DNA from: Rhodosorus marinus CCMP1338
Taxonomy: Eukaryota > Plantae > Rhodophyta
Length of the DNA: 64,000 nt
Assembly: GCA_029953675.1 (NCBI GenBank)
Contig: JAMWBK010000005.1
Coordinates: forward strand, 1,860,001-1,924,000
Direction of reading: 5' to 3'
Shown: piece by piece, positions 48,277 through 61,068 of the stretch
How the letters are laid out: the number at the start of each line of letters is the position of its first letter
Numbering within the stretch: the stretch's first letter is position 1
Program-made: the position numbers and the translations under genes
The notes under the pieces: model-generated
What the model saw: the letters and a program-made list of their open reading frames with translations, nothing else
Databases searched by the model: none
Told to the model about the DNA's origin: nothing

Positions 48277-48651
48277 GCTATGACATATAGCAGGCTGCTG
48301 AGTCGACTGGAGGATGGACCCTCTGACTCGCGGAATTGTCAAATGGCGCGTGGCGGAAGAGTTGAAAGGGGAAGGGTGCAGAAGAGAAAGGACAGTGTGA
48401 GCCCGCCCCGGGCTGGCTTCAGAAAAGCTGGAAAGAAGCCCACAAGGAATGAGAGTGCTCGGTTGAAGAGTAATGGGAAGCATAAGGAGGCCTTGGAGAA
48501 TGCGTTGCGAGAGAAGCTGAGGACAGAAATGATGGTTAGCACTGAGTTGCAAGCATGCTTTACGTCGATTTCGCTGGGGATGGAAAATGAAGCCACTGTC
48601 CGTGGTCGCGAAGCTGTCCGTGGTCGCGGACTTACCCTTCGCTCAGATTGA
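48277..48651 (+). CDS. Possible small basic protein (about 100-124 aa)
   Basis: Lys/Arg-rich ORF (MTYSRLL.../MARGGRVERGRVQKRK...) after a G/T-rich leader. An 18-bp tandem duplication near 48596-48630 encodes TVRGREAVRGRG. No domain recognised; start uncertain. Confidence 0.4.
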   Translation, partial: AMTYSRLLSRLEDGPSDSRNCQMARGGRVERGRVQKRKDSVSPPRAGFRKAGKKPTRNESARLKSNGKHKEALENALREKLRTEMMVSTELQACFTSISLGMENEATVRGREAVRGRGLTLRSD

Positions 48652-49365
48652 TGGCCTGAACCTTCGATATAGTCAAGTTGATATCTGTCTAGTTTATTAT
48701 GGGGTGCGTCTAACATAGTGTGTACATAGTAGTCTAACTGAATTTGGATCAGATTTGTAAGTATCGTGAATTAAAAGATGTTTAAAATGATTAATATGGT
48801 CTAAGTTGTCTTCTGCATCTACTACGCGGACACCTTTCGAGATGACAGCAGTCCACTTAGAGCCAGGCGTTCAGTACAAAGCTGGCCACGCTTGAACTTT
48901 GTTGGCATATGTTCTGATATATTGTCCGAGGGCCTAAGCCTTCAGCAGGGTGGCTTAGATGTGGTCTCGTCTGAATGTAGCCAATCCCGAACATGGAGCG
49001 GTCGCCTCCAAGAGCTAATTGGGCATCGTCAACTTTTCGCGATAATGGGCAGCTGTAACGGGCAGTTGTGCGCTGGATCCGCCACTCACGTAGTAAGCGC
49101 TTTTATTTCAGGTTCAAGTTTAGAAACTGTCCTCCTCGCCGTTGCTCTCGAAAGCAACAACCATCGGCAATCGTTGGCTTCGGTGGAACAGAAGGGGTTG
49201 TCCAAACGAACTCAACGATCTTCTCGTTAAAGGGAGAAAGTACTGTTTGCCTAACTCTTGAAACTAGCCCGCAACATACCCTATCTCATCGTGGCGGTGA
49301 AGATCAGAGGTCGGTTTTGTCAACCTCCCTTAAAACTAACTTATTCTATGCAGGCAGAAGATGCC

Positions 49366-49748
49366 TCATCCCGACATACGCTTCAGTTGCTGCAGGCATG
49401 TCCTCTTAACCCAAGACTTGTCTCTAGGCTCATACATCCCGGCTCCAGAGCTCAGGACTAGGCAGGCGAGATCAACTTGCGAATCAACAAACCTATTCAG
49501 ATCGTTTGTGTCATAAGACAACTCCCCTCTTCTGTTCGAGCGGAGCTCCTTCTCATACAGACTGCAGATACCTGCTCAATGTAACCACAGTCTCAAAAGA
49601 TCAGTAGACGGTAACTCCCGATTCCACGCTCCTCGCAAACGCGCTAAAGCAACCTACCTCTGACCATGTCCTGAACGGATGGATACTCATACCAAGTTCG
49701 AGAACTCTTCTCAGCACTAGGCTGAAGGAGCAAGATTGTATGACTCAT
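49366..49748 (-). CDS. ERH: Enhancer of rudimentary homolog, 98 aa, 2 exons
   Basis: MSHTILLLQP...SRTWYEYPSV...GICSLYEKEL...LSYD..DL..FVDS..DLACLV...YEPRDKSWVK matches ERH. Exons 49748-49658 and 49571-49366 total 297 nt. Confidence 0.93.
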
Positions 49749-51485
49749 TTGTCCACTTACCGAACAAAAATTGTCTATCTGACGGTGCGCAATCAAAACA
49801 AAAAACGGTCGCAATTCCCAACTCACTCTCGCCCTCTTCAGCCCTCGACCTCAAATTATGAAAAGGACGTAAACAGTGTTAACGCTCGTTCAGATCTAAT
49901 GGTTTCAACTCTCCCGCCGAGAAGCTTCGATCAACTTTTTGAGGACGATGGGCAGAGCAGACCACATCCCTGCCGACCTGGATGACCAGGACTGCTGAAG
50001 ATGGAACAGGCGGGAACGAAGCGAGAAAGTGTCGGAGCAGGCGGTGAGAAAGAGGGCAAGATCCTTTTCCACTCGATGAGAATGTTAAATGGCGCGCACC
50101 AAGCTCAGAAGGGCTCGGATTGTTGGTTCGAAGGTCTTCGCTGGGGTCTGGCCAGAGCCAAAGTATTCTAGAAGAATGTTGGTGCTGACGTGTGACTCCA
50201 CTCGCTAAGAAACAACGCTGTACCAGCTCAGCTCATGATTGGCTGTGGAAGTGCTGGACGCTGCTGAATCTACCACCCTGCGTCAGAAGCTTGATATAAC
50301 GTCTTAACAAGACGGTTCTTGTTAAAGTGTTGTGTCAATTCGTCAGTCCAATTCTATCTACAGGAGAATCCAATCTGGTTGAAACACTGTCTGAAAGAGT
50401 CTTTCTCCCACACGTCCCGCGTTAGCTTTCTGCGGTGACTGATTCTGTTGAGTCTTCATCGTGACCGCCAAGGGCAATCGTTCCGGTTTGGCTCCGGGGA
50501 GGAATTGGATGGTCGAAGACAAACGAAAAAACGAAGAACGAAGCTGCGAACCTGTACATGTCCTGAAGAGCAACAACAGAGCATGCTTCCGTTTTCCCCG
50601 TTCAGTGTATATCCGAGTGTCTTTAGTGTCACGCAGAAGTGTAGCCCCACACTTTAGGGTTCCTGGTCCAGGCGGGAATTCCTATGCAGCCGCATTAACT
50701 ATGTGATCCTCACCAACAGAGAAGGGACAAGCAATGTGTCAACAACGCAAAGGGCAGTTTCTAGCAAGCTGTAGCGGTCTAGACGGCACCAATCTCAAGC
50801 GCTAGGCGTCCCAAGCCACATCAACATTGTCTGGTGCTACTGAACTATTCCGTCATCGGCCAGAACACAAGTAGCGGAAGAGCGTGGTGTACTTGTCCCG
50901 CATGTTCAAACTCCGGAGATCCAGGTTTGTCACCTCTTCAAACGGAGCCAATTCCATGTTGAAGCGGAGCCGGGGGATGATGAGCTCTATTAACGGTTCT
51001 CTCTCAAATCAACAGAAGACACTGGTTATGCATGGTCAAAAGGTTCTAGTCCACCATCTACAAGCTTCTCGGGTCCGGATTCTTTCCCTCTTCGGCTCTC
51101 CGGTGCTACCCTGAAGCATATACGAGGACACTAAGGGATACTAACCGTACTATGCATATTTAGATGTGGCGTGGAGGAGGAAGGATCGCCGCTTAAGAGG
51201 GAAAAAGGCGGGCAGTACTGGAAGAAAGGAAGACAGGCTTCACAATTTCATTGTTGTTGTTGTGTTCTTGTTCTGAGAGATAAATGAGTTTCTGGAGTGT
51301 CTTTGGGTCATAGCTGAATGCCGTTTGCGGAACCCCCGGGGGGTGGGGGTTTGGGGTGAGGTTTTGAGTTCGGAAATGAATGGCCTTTTCCTGAAGGGTG
51401 GAGGAGCGGTTGGCATTTCAAGCGTCTAGGGGGGAGGGTTGGGAATGTGTGAAGAGTTGAATTCTGAAAACTGCAGACCGCGTTT

Positions 51486-54400
51486 ATGTCGCCTCCACTG
51501 AAGCGAAGTGGAGGCCTGTCAGTTTCACCTGAGAGATCTCATAGCTCGTCGTCAGCACTATCGTCTCACGGAGCGACGTCGGACAAGTTTCTAGGGACAA
51601 AAAAACAGAGACTAGAGGGAGTTACTCCTCAGAGAAAATCACAAAAGCCGATTAACAGAGGTGCAGGCTCTTCTTCGTCGTCAACGAGCTTCCAGCGCCA
51701 AATTTCGAGAGGCATGGAGTCTCCTGGGAGCAGGATGGGGCAGAATCCTGCTCAAGCTCGAACCTCATCAAAGAAGCTCCTGATTCGTCCGTTCTCAACA
51801 CCACCTCAGATGCCTGATGAGTACTTTAACCAAACCTGGGAGAACGAGCTGCTCGGTGCAATTCGAGCGATCCAGGACAAGCAGCCTGTGAGATTCTCGT
51901 ACGAGGAGCTGTACCGAAAGGTTGAGGATCTCTGCCGGGGGAATAAAACGACGCAGCTGGTCGCCAAGCTCGAGGCCGAGTGCGAGAAACACATCGCTAA
52001 GCAGTTAAAGGATCTGGAGGATTCAACCCTATCTCAAGAAGACTTTCTCGCTTCGATCGATCGAATCTGGGAGGACTATTTCAGCGAACTCTTGACGATC
52101 AGGAGCATCTTCCTGTTTCTCGACAGAAAGTACGTGATCCACACTACCTATGAGAAGAACCTCTTCGATATGGGAGTTCAGGTATTTGTGAAACGATTCA
52201 CTGCAAGCACCAAGGTCATGGACACCTCTATCAAGGGGATTGTATCGCTAATTGACAAGGTAGGCACTGCTGGCTGGAAGCCAGGCTTTGAATTTCCGCT
52301 CTATGCGGGTCTGAGCCGCTTCTATCAGGACTTTGACAAATGTTTAAGAGCTTTGCGCATACTTTGTGTGATGGATGTGACTAGGATCGTATGGGAGAAG
52401 TCATTGACAAGTCCCTCTTCAAGAGGCTCCTGACCATGTTCGCTTCCACCAAGTTGAATACGTCGCAGCTGGAGCAGAGCATTCTCACCGTTTCGACTGA
52501 CTACTTCCGCGTGAAATCCCTGGAGAACCTCCAAGAAAATGATATTGTTACTTATTTGAGGTGGGAGGACGGAAAAAGCATTTTTACAGGGCGGCTGAAG
52601 CAATGGAGTATGTATCACGTGTCTAACGAAGAGTGACCTTCGTTCTTGTTTGTTCACGCGTCGCTGCCGGTCGATGAGTAGATATGTTGAACGACAAATG
52701 TCGCTGGAGTCGGAAAGAATCTCCTGCTTGCACCAGTCTACACGGAGGGCTCTCAGCGTGGTTTTGGAGAAGAATCTTCTAGTTAACCACTTGTCGTCAA
52801 TACTTGCAAAGGGCTTTGATCAGCTATGCGACGAAACCAGGGTTGAGGACCTCAAGCTCTTGAATAGGCTCTTTGGAGTGGCGGACTTGCACGACGGGTG
52901 CGAGGCTTATTCCATGTTGCGAGATAGTTTCGGGGAGTATGTAAGGGAGAAGGTCGACCAGATCGTGTCGAATCCGGAGCAGGTATGAAGGTCCACCTCG
53001 AGCAGCACAAGGCAATGTCTTTTGCGTAAGCCCGAAGGCTGTTTATACCTGATTCCCATGTCAATCCCTGGCCTGATCCCATAGGACGATTCCATGGTCC
53101 CAAATTTGCTGGACTTTATGGAGAAAAGAAAGGTGCTATGCGAAGAGGCGTTTGAGAACAACGAGGCCATCGCAGACTTCTCGAAACAGACTATGGAGAA
53201 GCAAATCAACAAGCGGCCGAACAAGCCTGCGGAGTACGTCGCGAAGCACATAGACCACATTCTCAAGGCCGGCAACAAGAAGTACAGCGAGGACGAGCTA
53301 ACATCTACACTTGACAAGCTGATTGTCCTGTTCAGGCGCATTCAAGGGAAAGATATCTTCGAAGCGTACGTTTTCCAGACAAGGAATTAGCTCTTAGGGA
53401 CAACTTATCATGGTCGCGGGGTCCCTATGTTAGGGCTGAAGGAAAGGGTCCTTCTGACACCAGTTCTCAACTCAACCTCTTGGGTGTTGTTTCTGTTATC
53501 TGCTCAGGTTCTACGAAAGGGACCTTGCAAAGAGGTTGTTATTTGACCGTTCAGCTTCCCTAGATTTGGAAAATAGCATGATATCGAAACTTAAAGTGGA
53601 ATGTGGGGCGTCATTCACGCGAAAGTTGGAGGGAATGTTCAAAGACGTCGATTTGTCGACTGATATTATGCACTCATTCAGAGAAAATCGTCGATCAGCC
53701 GGCGCGTTGGGCGATATCGAGCTGAAGGTGGATTCTTTCTTCAAGCCCGCTTCGCCCGTTCTGCGCCATGCTGTCTGTGTCTACCCCGCTCACAATCTTT
53801 GACCGGCTTGCGTGCTCGTGCAGGTCAACGTACTAACGACAGGTTTTTGGCCTAGCATGGCGAAGGAGGAGCTGAAGTTGCCGCGAGAGTTGAATGACTG
53901 TCAGGAGACTTTCACGACGTTTTATTTGGAGAGCCATAAATCGTAAGAAGCTCACCACGCAACTTCACTTTTGTTCTCAGCAGACGAATTGAGTGGATCA
54001 TGAGTCTGATCTAGCGCCCGGTCTCATTCTGCGGTGGTTCTGCTCCGCTTTGGAATGCTTTAGGAGGGTCCTCCGATGGCAGTATGGCAATGGCTCGTGC
54101 GTGTTATCGGCGACGTTTCCTAAAAGACGACACTTGCTGTCCGTCTCTCTGTACCAGACTCTGATCTTGCTGCTGTTTAATAAGGTCGAAACCCTGACGT
54201 ACAAGGAAATTCTCGCTGCTACGGGGCTCAGCGAGTCGGAATTGAAAAGAGCGCTCCTGTCCTTAGCATGTGGAAGACATAGAGTGATATTGAAGCAACC
54301 CAAGGGAAAAGTGGTTGACGAGGATGACTCCTTTGTTTATAACAGTGGATTCGAAAAGCCACTAGTTCACCTCAAGGTATTTGAGCAATAGAAACGCTAC

Positions 54401-54754
54401 AAGCACGACCAAATGGCTGGTGTAGCTCACCACACGACCTGACGCCGTTTCCCTTCCCCCCTCGCCCCGGGCCCCTAGATCAATTCAATCCAAGCTCAGT
54501 CAACGCCTGAGGAGAAGCTAGAGACCACGGAGACCGTGTTCAAGGAGCGGGTTCATCACATCGACCTGGCAATTGTGAGAATAATGAAGATGCGACAGAT
54601 GATGACGCATTCGCGGCTGATCACGGAGCTCTTGGAGCAGCTCAAGTTTCCTCATCCAATCCCCCTCTTGAAGAAGCGCATCGAGTACCTGATTGAAAAC
54701 CTCTACATTGAGAGGGATCCTACAAACCAGCAGAAGTACAAGTATCTAGCCTAA
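51486..54754 (+). CDS. CUL4: Cullin-4, 819 aa, 8 exons
   Basis: N-terminal KKLLIRPF (CUL4-type KKLVIK motif), [80 protein letters not shown] (neddylation Lys). Seven GT..AG introns starting at 52260, 52561, 52983, 53366, 53728, 53943 and 54377 give a 2460-nt open frame. Confidence 0.95.
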
Positions 54755-54937
54755 CCTTTCTCCAATCCGGTCTGTACAAAGGCTGCATCGGCCCATCGGG
54801 GTATGTAGCCGCTCTCTTGGCTTTTAGAGAAGATCTAATTTAGTGAAATATTTCATTAAGTACGATTTACAACGGCCGAACTAGTTTTCTTTTTGAGCGC
54901 GGAAGGTATCCGTTCAGCTCCTTCACCTATGTGCATT

Positions 54938-57730
54938 TTATCCCCTATCCTCATATGCGTGATTCTCAGAGCTCTTGCCTGCCGAGTCCATTCCGCTCCC
55001 CCGCTGGTCCAGATCAGTGTCGTCCGGGGTTTGTCCGTCGATGTGCTGCTGGAAGGCTTTACTCCTCACCCCAAGCATTCGCTGCTGATTGATCACAACA
55101 ACCTCCGGGTTGCTGTAATTTCGTTTGAGGATGTCAACATCCCGCCTCGGCGCGATATCGCGCAACTGTTCAATTCTCTCTGCCGGTGTGAGCTCCCTCT
55201 CCTCATCGATCTCAAGTTCAACCCTAAGATCACGGTCCACCCCCGTCGCTAGAGATATTTTCTTCATCTCGGCGAAAATGACCTCCGGGTCCAAGATCAC
55301 ACCATCTCTCGCGATCGACGCTCTGAAGAACTCTATGGCCTGCTCCGGAGTGAAGGACCCCTCCTCCATGACAGCCCGTGCTAGAGCTCTATACGAGCTT
55401 GGGTCGGCTTCGATCCTGGCTCTATCCATTCTCAAAATAACATTCCAACACTCCTCGACCAGTCCATTCACCGCGAGTAGCTCCATTACGGCCGTGTATG
55501 GAGCGGGTCCGATAATACCCTGGGACAAGCAAAATTGGAGACTCCGAGTCAGCAAACAACTCTAGGCAGTGACCCATAGATGGAAACAGATGGAAGAGGT
55601 GCAGGATGGTTACCTTTGTCTCAACCTCTTCAAGTATCTCCATTGCCTTCTCCAAATTACCATTGTCTGTTTCCAGTCGAACAAGTATGGCAAAGGTGTC
55701 GGCATCGCGATCTACCTCTAGACGATCCATATCCGATAGGACTTGCTCAACACCTGCGGAGATTTTGGGGGGTCAGGTTTCAAGAATGTTGGGTTTTTTG
55801 GGGCCTCAGTGGCCGGTCTGATTGTACATTGGCCTCACAAACGCACCTTGTCTCGTATCCTGGAGATCCAGAACGGCGTTGAATACCTTCGCTGTTATCG
55901 GTATACCGTTCTCCAAGAGCTTTTCAGCGAGCTCTGATGGATTTGGGCAGTTGGCGACGGCTGATGCTAGGAGTCTCTGTGAGGGTATTGCACCGCACCT
56001 CTCTATCATATCGGTAGCGGCTTTAACAGCTCGGTCCAGGTCTCCGGTCCGGCTAGTTCCTAGTAGTAATCCTCGAAACGCTATGGCGCAGTCGCGGGTG
56101 AAAGGTAGACGAAGCTGCTGCCAAACACGTCTTTCCATCCAGGGCTCCTTGCTCCCGGCGTGCTGCATCAACAACCCTACCAGTTCTAAATCCAAGGGTT
56201 TCTTTGAAGTATATTGCCTGGCCAGCATCAAGGCCTTACCCTCTTCGCCGCACTCTGCCATTGCTACGATCAACGCTTTGGCGACCTATAGTGCAAATAC
56301 CAAGAAAGAAAAAGCTGAGGCGTTCTGCATGATTACCATTGCACCCACATGTCCTCTTCTCCTCCGAGTACACAACCTACCAAAGGACTGTCGGGACGTA
56401 TATCGTGCAATCGCCTGGCGTTGATTTCGTCCTGAAGAGCCCCATAAGCCCTCACAGCTGAAGCAACGGCCATTGGCAACGGATCTTCTTCTATCGCGGG
56501 AAGCAAAACGTCCAACGCAGCTTGAGGATCTCCAGCAGCAAGCCTAGCTCTGCCAATCCCCGAGGCGATTGCGGAGGGTAACACAGACATTTCATGGGCT
56601 TTGCCCGTCCCTAGTACTCGGTTGGCAACTTCTTCTGGTTCAAGGCCACCCAAAGTAATGGACTCTGAATAGTACACCACACTCTCTTCAGCGGGTGGTA
56701 CGCCAGCGAATTCCATCCTCTCCCAAACACTCTGCGCTCCTTCGTGGTCACCACTGGATGCACAAACCCGTAAAAGCTCGTCAGCTACCTTTGGGCTCAT
56801 CCGCCATCCAAGTTTCAGCTGTTTCAGACGAATTCACACAAAAAAACGGTAGACGTACGAAATGGGTTTGCGTCAAGAGTCTGCGGATACATTGGGATCC
56901 ACTCGGATGATGACAGCCATGTGTCTACGATCAGACTGATCCCGAGAAGTGCGTCTGTCGGTGAGATCTGGGAGTAGAAGACCAGGTTGCGCTTACCATT
57001 TCTAATGCCATGTGGATGGCTTCTTCGGACCCAAACGCGCATCCGTACGCGCGAACGACATCCTCACAGACTTTGTCATACCTTGGAAGATCGGCAAGTG
57101 GAATTTGGCTGAGGATATCGATGGCGCCAACTTCGTCTCCGCTCGCCAGAACGCTTCTGAGCAGTACAGCAACGTCCGCCGGTTTAACATCCAAACCGAA
57201 GGTTGGTCCGAGCTTGTCGAAGAACCTTCGCGCGTCCATCCCACGCCCAGATCGACCACTCGCTAGGAGTACAGACCAGCACATCGAGCGCGTTGGCTGT
57301 TGAGTATCCCCAACTTTGCTGTCAGACCCGACAAAGCTGTCTTTCAAGAACCTTGACATCACCATCAGGTGTTCAGACTTGAGGAGATGAACGCGCAGTC
57401 TCAGACCATATAAATCCTTCACATCAAAGTTTTCGTACGCCAGTCCACGACCTGTGCAGCTCCTTTCCTTGTTCACCGCATCTATCATCAGGCTCAATCC
57501 GCCGACGTCCTTAAGCTTGTACAACTGGTTCGCTACCAAGCTCAAATCCGACGTACGTGGAGCCGGTAGCTTTGCCAGCGTTTTTACCTCTTTCTTACTG
57601 GACAGCTTCAATCGCCTGCTCAGAGCGTTTAGCGTCTTGGGCAACAAGTCCATCACCCTACCCGCTCGAACAGGATGTGAATGAGCCATCACCGCCAAGT
57701 GCTGCAAAGCAACCAACTCCTTTGCGCTCT
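54938..57730 (-). CDS. Multi-exon helical-repeat (PPR-like) protein; 5' end unresolved
   Basis: Consecutive minus-strand ORFs separated by intron-like gaps contain PPR-like helix pairs: AQSVWERMEFAGVPPAEES, DRDADTFAILVRLETDNGNLEKAMEILEEV, and WNVILRMDRARIEADPSSYRALARAV. Stop at 54938. Exon boundaries only partly resolved. Confidence 0.7.
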
Positions 57731-58836
57731 GTCCGTTGTTTCAGCCAACCTGAACGCCTTGAAACCCCAATGATATCATCTTGAGGATCGCAGTTCTACC
57801 CAAGAAAGAGATCTTTCCTGTTATCATAAGCTCTGCCTAACTCAATAATCCTCCGCCGTCAGCTTTTCCGCAGCAAAGCTTCACTCTCCTCAACAAGGAC
57901 ACCGACGGTGATCAAGCTGTCCCCCGGGCTGTCCCGGACTGTCCCAAGATTCCTTGAAGAAGCTCTTGAAGAAGACGACGGGAAGGCAAAAAAGCTCTGG
58001 ATATTGGCAGAACGATTTCGGATTTTTGGTCATCAAGTCGGGTAACCTACCGTTCTGAGTGTGTCACGGTCTTAAATTACACAGCGGTTTTGTCCGGGGC
58101 TGTCCCAAAATCCTTTGAAGCAGATGTTCAAATGACAGACCGTCCATTTGTTCCAGACTGGCAACAAGCGCTCGAGTATTTACAGGACAGCTTCGGGTTT
58201 GTGCATGAATCGGGTAGACGGCCATATTGAGGGCTTGGATCTCGTCACGTGCACATCGACACGTTGACAAGAGTGGATATAGTTCGTGTCCAATGCTCTG
58301 TCCCAGAAGTTATCTTGGGAAGAAGCTGTCGAAAAGGATGACGGCAAGACAAAGGTCTCGACTTTGCCTCTGGACAGTGACAGAACAATTTTGGAGTCTT
58401 CCATGAATCGGGGAGACCCCTCATGAAGAGGATCATATGCAACTCTCGTCAATTCCAATTGTTCTCGGTCACGGTCTTCCCGATGGTTTTTTTCGCTGTC
58501 AACACCCGTGGTATCCGTACTGGCTTACTAGCTATGTATGGCTTTGTCATGAACGCCGTAGACAGCTCTCCGACCGGAGCACTGGTCCGGACATGAAGTC
58601 CCCGTCTCAAAGCATAAAAGCCGCCCAGCTTTTCACCAAGATCAGCTGGTGGCAACCGAGGTGTGGCCAAGCGAATGTAGAATAGAGTTAATGGTGTAGA
58701 AACGGTGCCACCGAGTTCGATTACTTACTGCATATCCAGGGCGCCCCATGAAGAGCTCTGAATCGATCGAGAATGACGTCGTACGAATGTGACTAAACAG
58801 CACTCCATTCCTTTAGTTGGTGCCTTGGATGTGAAG

Positions 58837-59918
58837 ATGGGAACTAGGAAGAAAACCCTAGAGTCGCTGTGGAAGACGTTTGAAGGAGTTGGCTGCTACA
58901 GGCCGAATTTGTCGAAAGTGCCGTTTTTCCTTTTCTGCGGACCGAATGTCGTGGAGTCCACAGATCACTTGCTACGAGTTGGTTCGGAAGTCAAATCGAT
59001 CGCCACCAAGCTCGGGCTTCCATGGATCTTGAAGAGCAGCTTCGACAAGGCAAACAGGACGTCCCCGTCTTCTTTCAGAAGTATTGGATTTGAACCAGCT
59101 CTTGCCACTTTGAGAGAAGCTCGACGGGTGCTGAACGTGCCCATTGTCACCGACATCCACGAATCGGTACTGACTGAAGCATCTCCAAAACGAGCCAGTG
59201 TTTTATGTCTCAATCTACCAGGCCGGTGATCTCTAAACTGGGAATGCTCTCCGTCTTCTTCCTCTCTTTTCTACATGATCGAACTACACGTCGACGGCCA
59301 TCCACCTCTGCGGATCTAAACGGATCAAAACCAACCTCCTTCATTGGAATGGAATGGCGACAGTGGCAAGCTGAACCTGTATCCCAAGTGGCTGATATCC
59401 TCCAGATCCCTGCGTTTCTTTGTCGCCAGACAGATTTGCTTGAGGCGGCAGCGCGTACTGGAAAAGTGGTGATGATCAAGAAGGGGCAATTTGCTTCAGC
59501 GGAAGTCATGCGAGGAGCTGTGGCAAAGCTCCACGTGGTTGGTGGGAGCACAGCGATTGTCTGTGAGAGGGGCAACAGCTTTGGCTATGGGGATCTCGTA
59601 GTCGATTTTCGGAACTTGGATCGACTGAGAGCGGCAACTGACGCCTTAATTGCGTTCGATGCATCACACTCCGCTCAGCAACCTCCATCGTCGCTTACCG
59701 AGAGCTCCGTCAGTAGCGGGAGTTCCGAGGATGCGCTTCTTCTCGCCCGAGCTGCTGTAGCCGTCGGGATCGATGCGCTGTTCCTGGAAGTACACGACAA
59801 CCCCCAACAAGCACCGGTCGAGCGATGCACGCAGCTCAAGGTTGATAAGCTCGAACCCTTGCTCAGTGAGCTCATTTCTGTGGCAAGGGCAACGGGCAGG
59901 TTGTTGCCTGATCCATGA
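58837..59918 (+). CDS. kdsA: 3-deoxy-D-manno-octulosonate 8-phosphate (KDO8P) synthase, 294 aa, 2 exons
   Basis: GPNVVES, KSSFDKANRTS, TDIHES, ADILQIPAFLCRQTDLL, IKKGQF, CERGNSFGY, DASHSAQQP and FLEVHDNP. Phase-0 intron at 59167-59363. Confidence 0.92.
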
Positions 59919-60000
59919 TTGATCGGGTACTTTTCAGGGCGCCGCTGACAAGACAAAAGAGGAGCGTATGAAATTTTTCCTTTCGGCGTTTTTTATACAA

Positions 60001-61068
60001 TCATTCCATCAAATCAACAACCTCGCCCCCATAGAACAGGAGGTAGCCTACAAACGAAGCTGCACAGGCGCCGAGGAAGTATCGGTTCCACTCACGACGA
60101 AGGGCTTCGGAGCGGGATAAACTGCTGTCAGAGCTGGTCTTGGCTTCGCTTTTCGTTTGAGAAACGTTTCGCGGCTGGGCACCCTCCAGCCCCGCCATGT
60201 CCGGTACTGAGAAAGCGTAGGAGGTGAAGTAGCTCTCACTCACGCGAGCAGTGTGTTGGACCAGATTCGGTGCTTTGCGCAGTGCCCCCCGGAGCCTCGG
60301 ACACGGGGCCAGCATCACGAACAGAGTATATGCGAACGATAACGCGTCTAGAGCCGTCGGCTCAGTCCCATAAAAGAAGCTACTTCTAGATCCAATTCGC
60401 GATTCCAACGCCGCGATGCACTCCTCCGCATCGCTGATCATGTCCTCATCTGTTCGATTGCTGGGCATATGTCTACGAACGTATGAGCTACGCAGTCTTG
60501 GAATGAACGGTCTCAACACAAGAGGCAATTCAGCAGCGTAAGCTTGTGCAGTACCGGAGAAAAAATTGTCCTCGATCGCCCACGCCTCTGCCAAGGATCC
60601 TGAGCCAAGCTTTGAAGCAATCATGGAACAGAACGCGCGAGCCTCTGCCTTCTGCGCACGCGTCAATCGAAAATCAGCGCCTAAATTACGAAGCTTCAGA
60701 GTTCCATAAACGTCGCCGAATCCCGACAGAGAAGGCAGACTGAGGAATCACGACGTAATCAAAGGAAAGGGCATCAGTCAGCAATGGACGTAAGCGAGTG
60801 GGTCAGCAGCCGTAGAAATCGTGGTGTTGATATCCTGAACTAGCCATTTGCGACCGTAGGCGCCCTGAGTAGCAACTCACCCTTCCTCCATGTCCTCTTT
60901 CAGAATCACACAGGTGTCCACAGGCGAAACACTAGGATTCAACTGTGCCGTGGAGACCACATTGACGGGAATTCCGTTGAACCTCAAAAGGGCAAGCGCC
61001 GCCGTATCCCCAGGGTTGAGCGAGGGCATGCCCCATGCAGGGCATTCAGTTCTCAGATCGAAAGCCAT
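60001..61068 (-). CDS. MTX1: Metaxin-1/Sam37-like mitochondrial outer-membrane protein, 308 aa, 2 exons
   Basis: AWGMPSLNPGDTAALALLRF, AQKAEARAF..MI..KL, W...NF, ECIAALESRIG...FFYGTEPTALDALSFAY (GST-like C-domain) and a C-terminal TM. Phase-2 intron GTGAGT..CTCAG at 60880-60740 keeps frame. Confidence 0.85.

Noticed and set aside
50300-51170. Minus-strand fragment EPLIELIIPRLRFNMELAPFEEVTNLDLRSLNMRDKY that looks protein-like
   Set aside because: It is bounded by stops and I could not link it to an ATG with consistent intron phases.
5835-54754. Apparent cluster of ubiquitin-system genes (DeSI, Trx-UBX, CUL4)
   Set aside because: They are spread over about 50 kb among unrelated housekeeping genes, and ubiquitin-system genes are common in eukaryotes; no evidence of a functional cluster.
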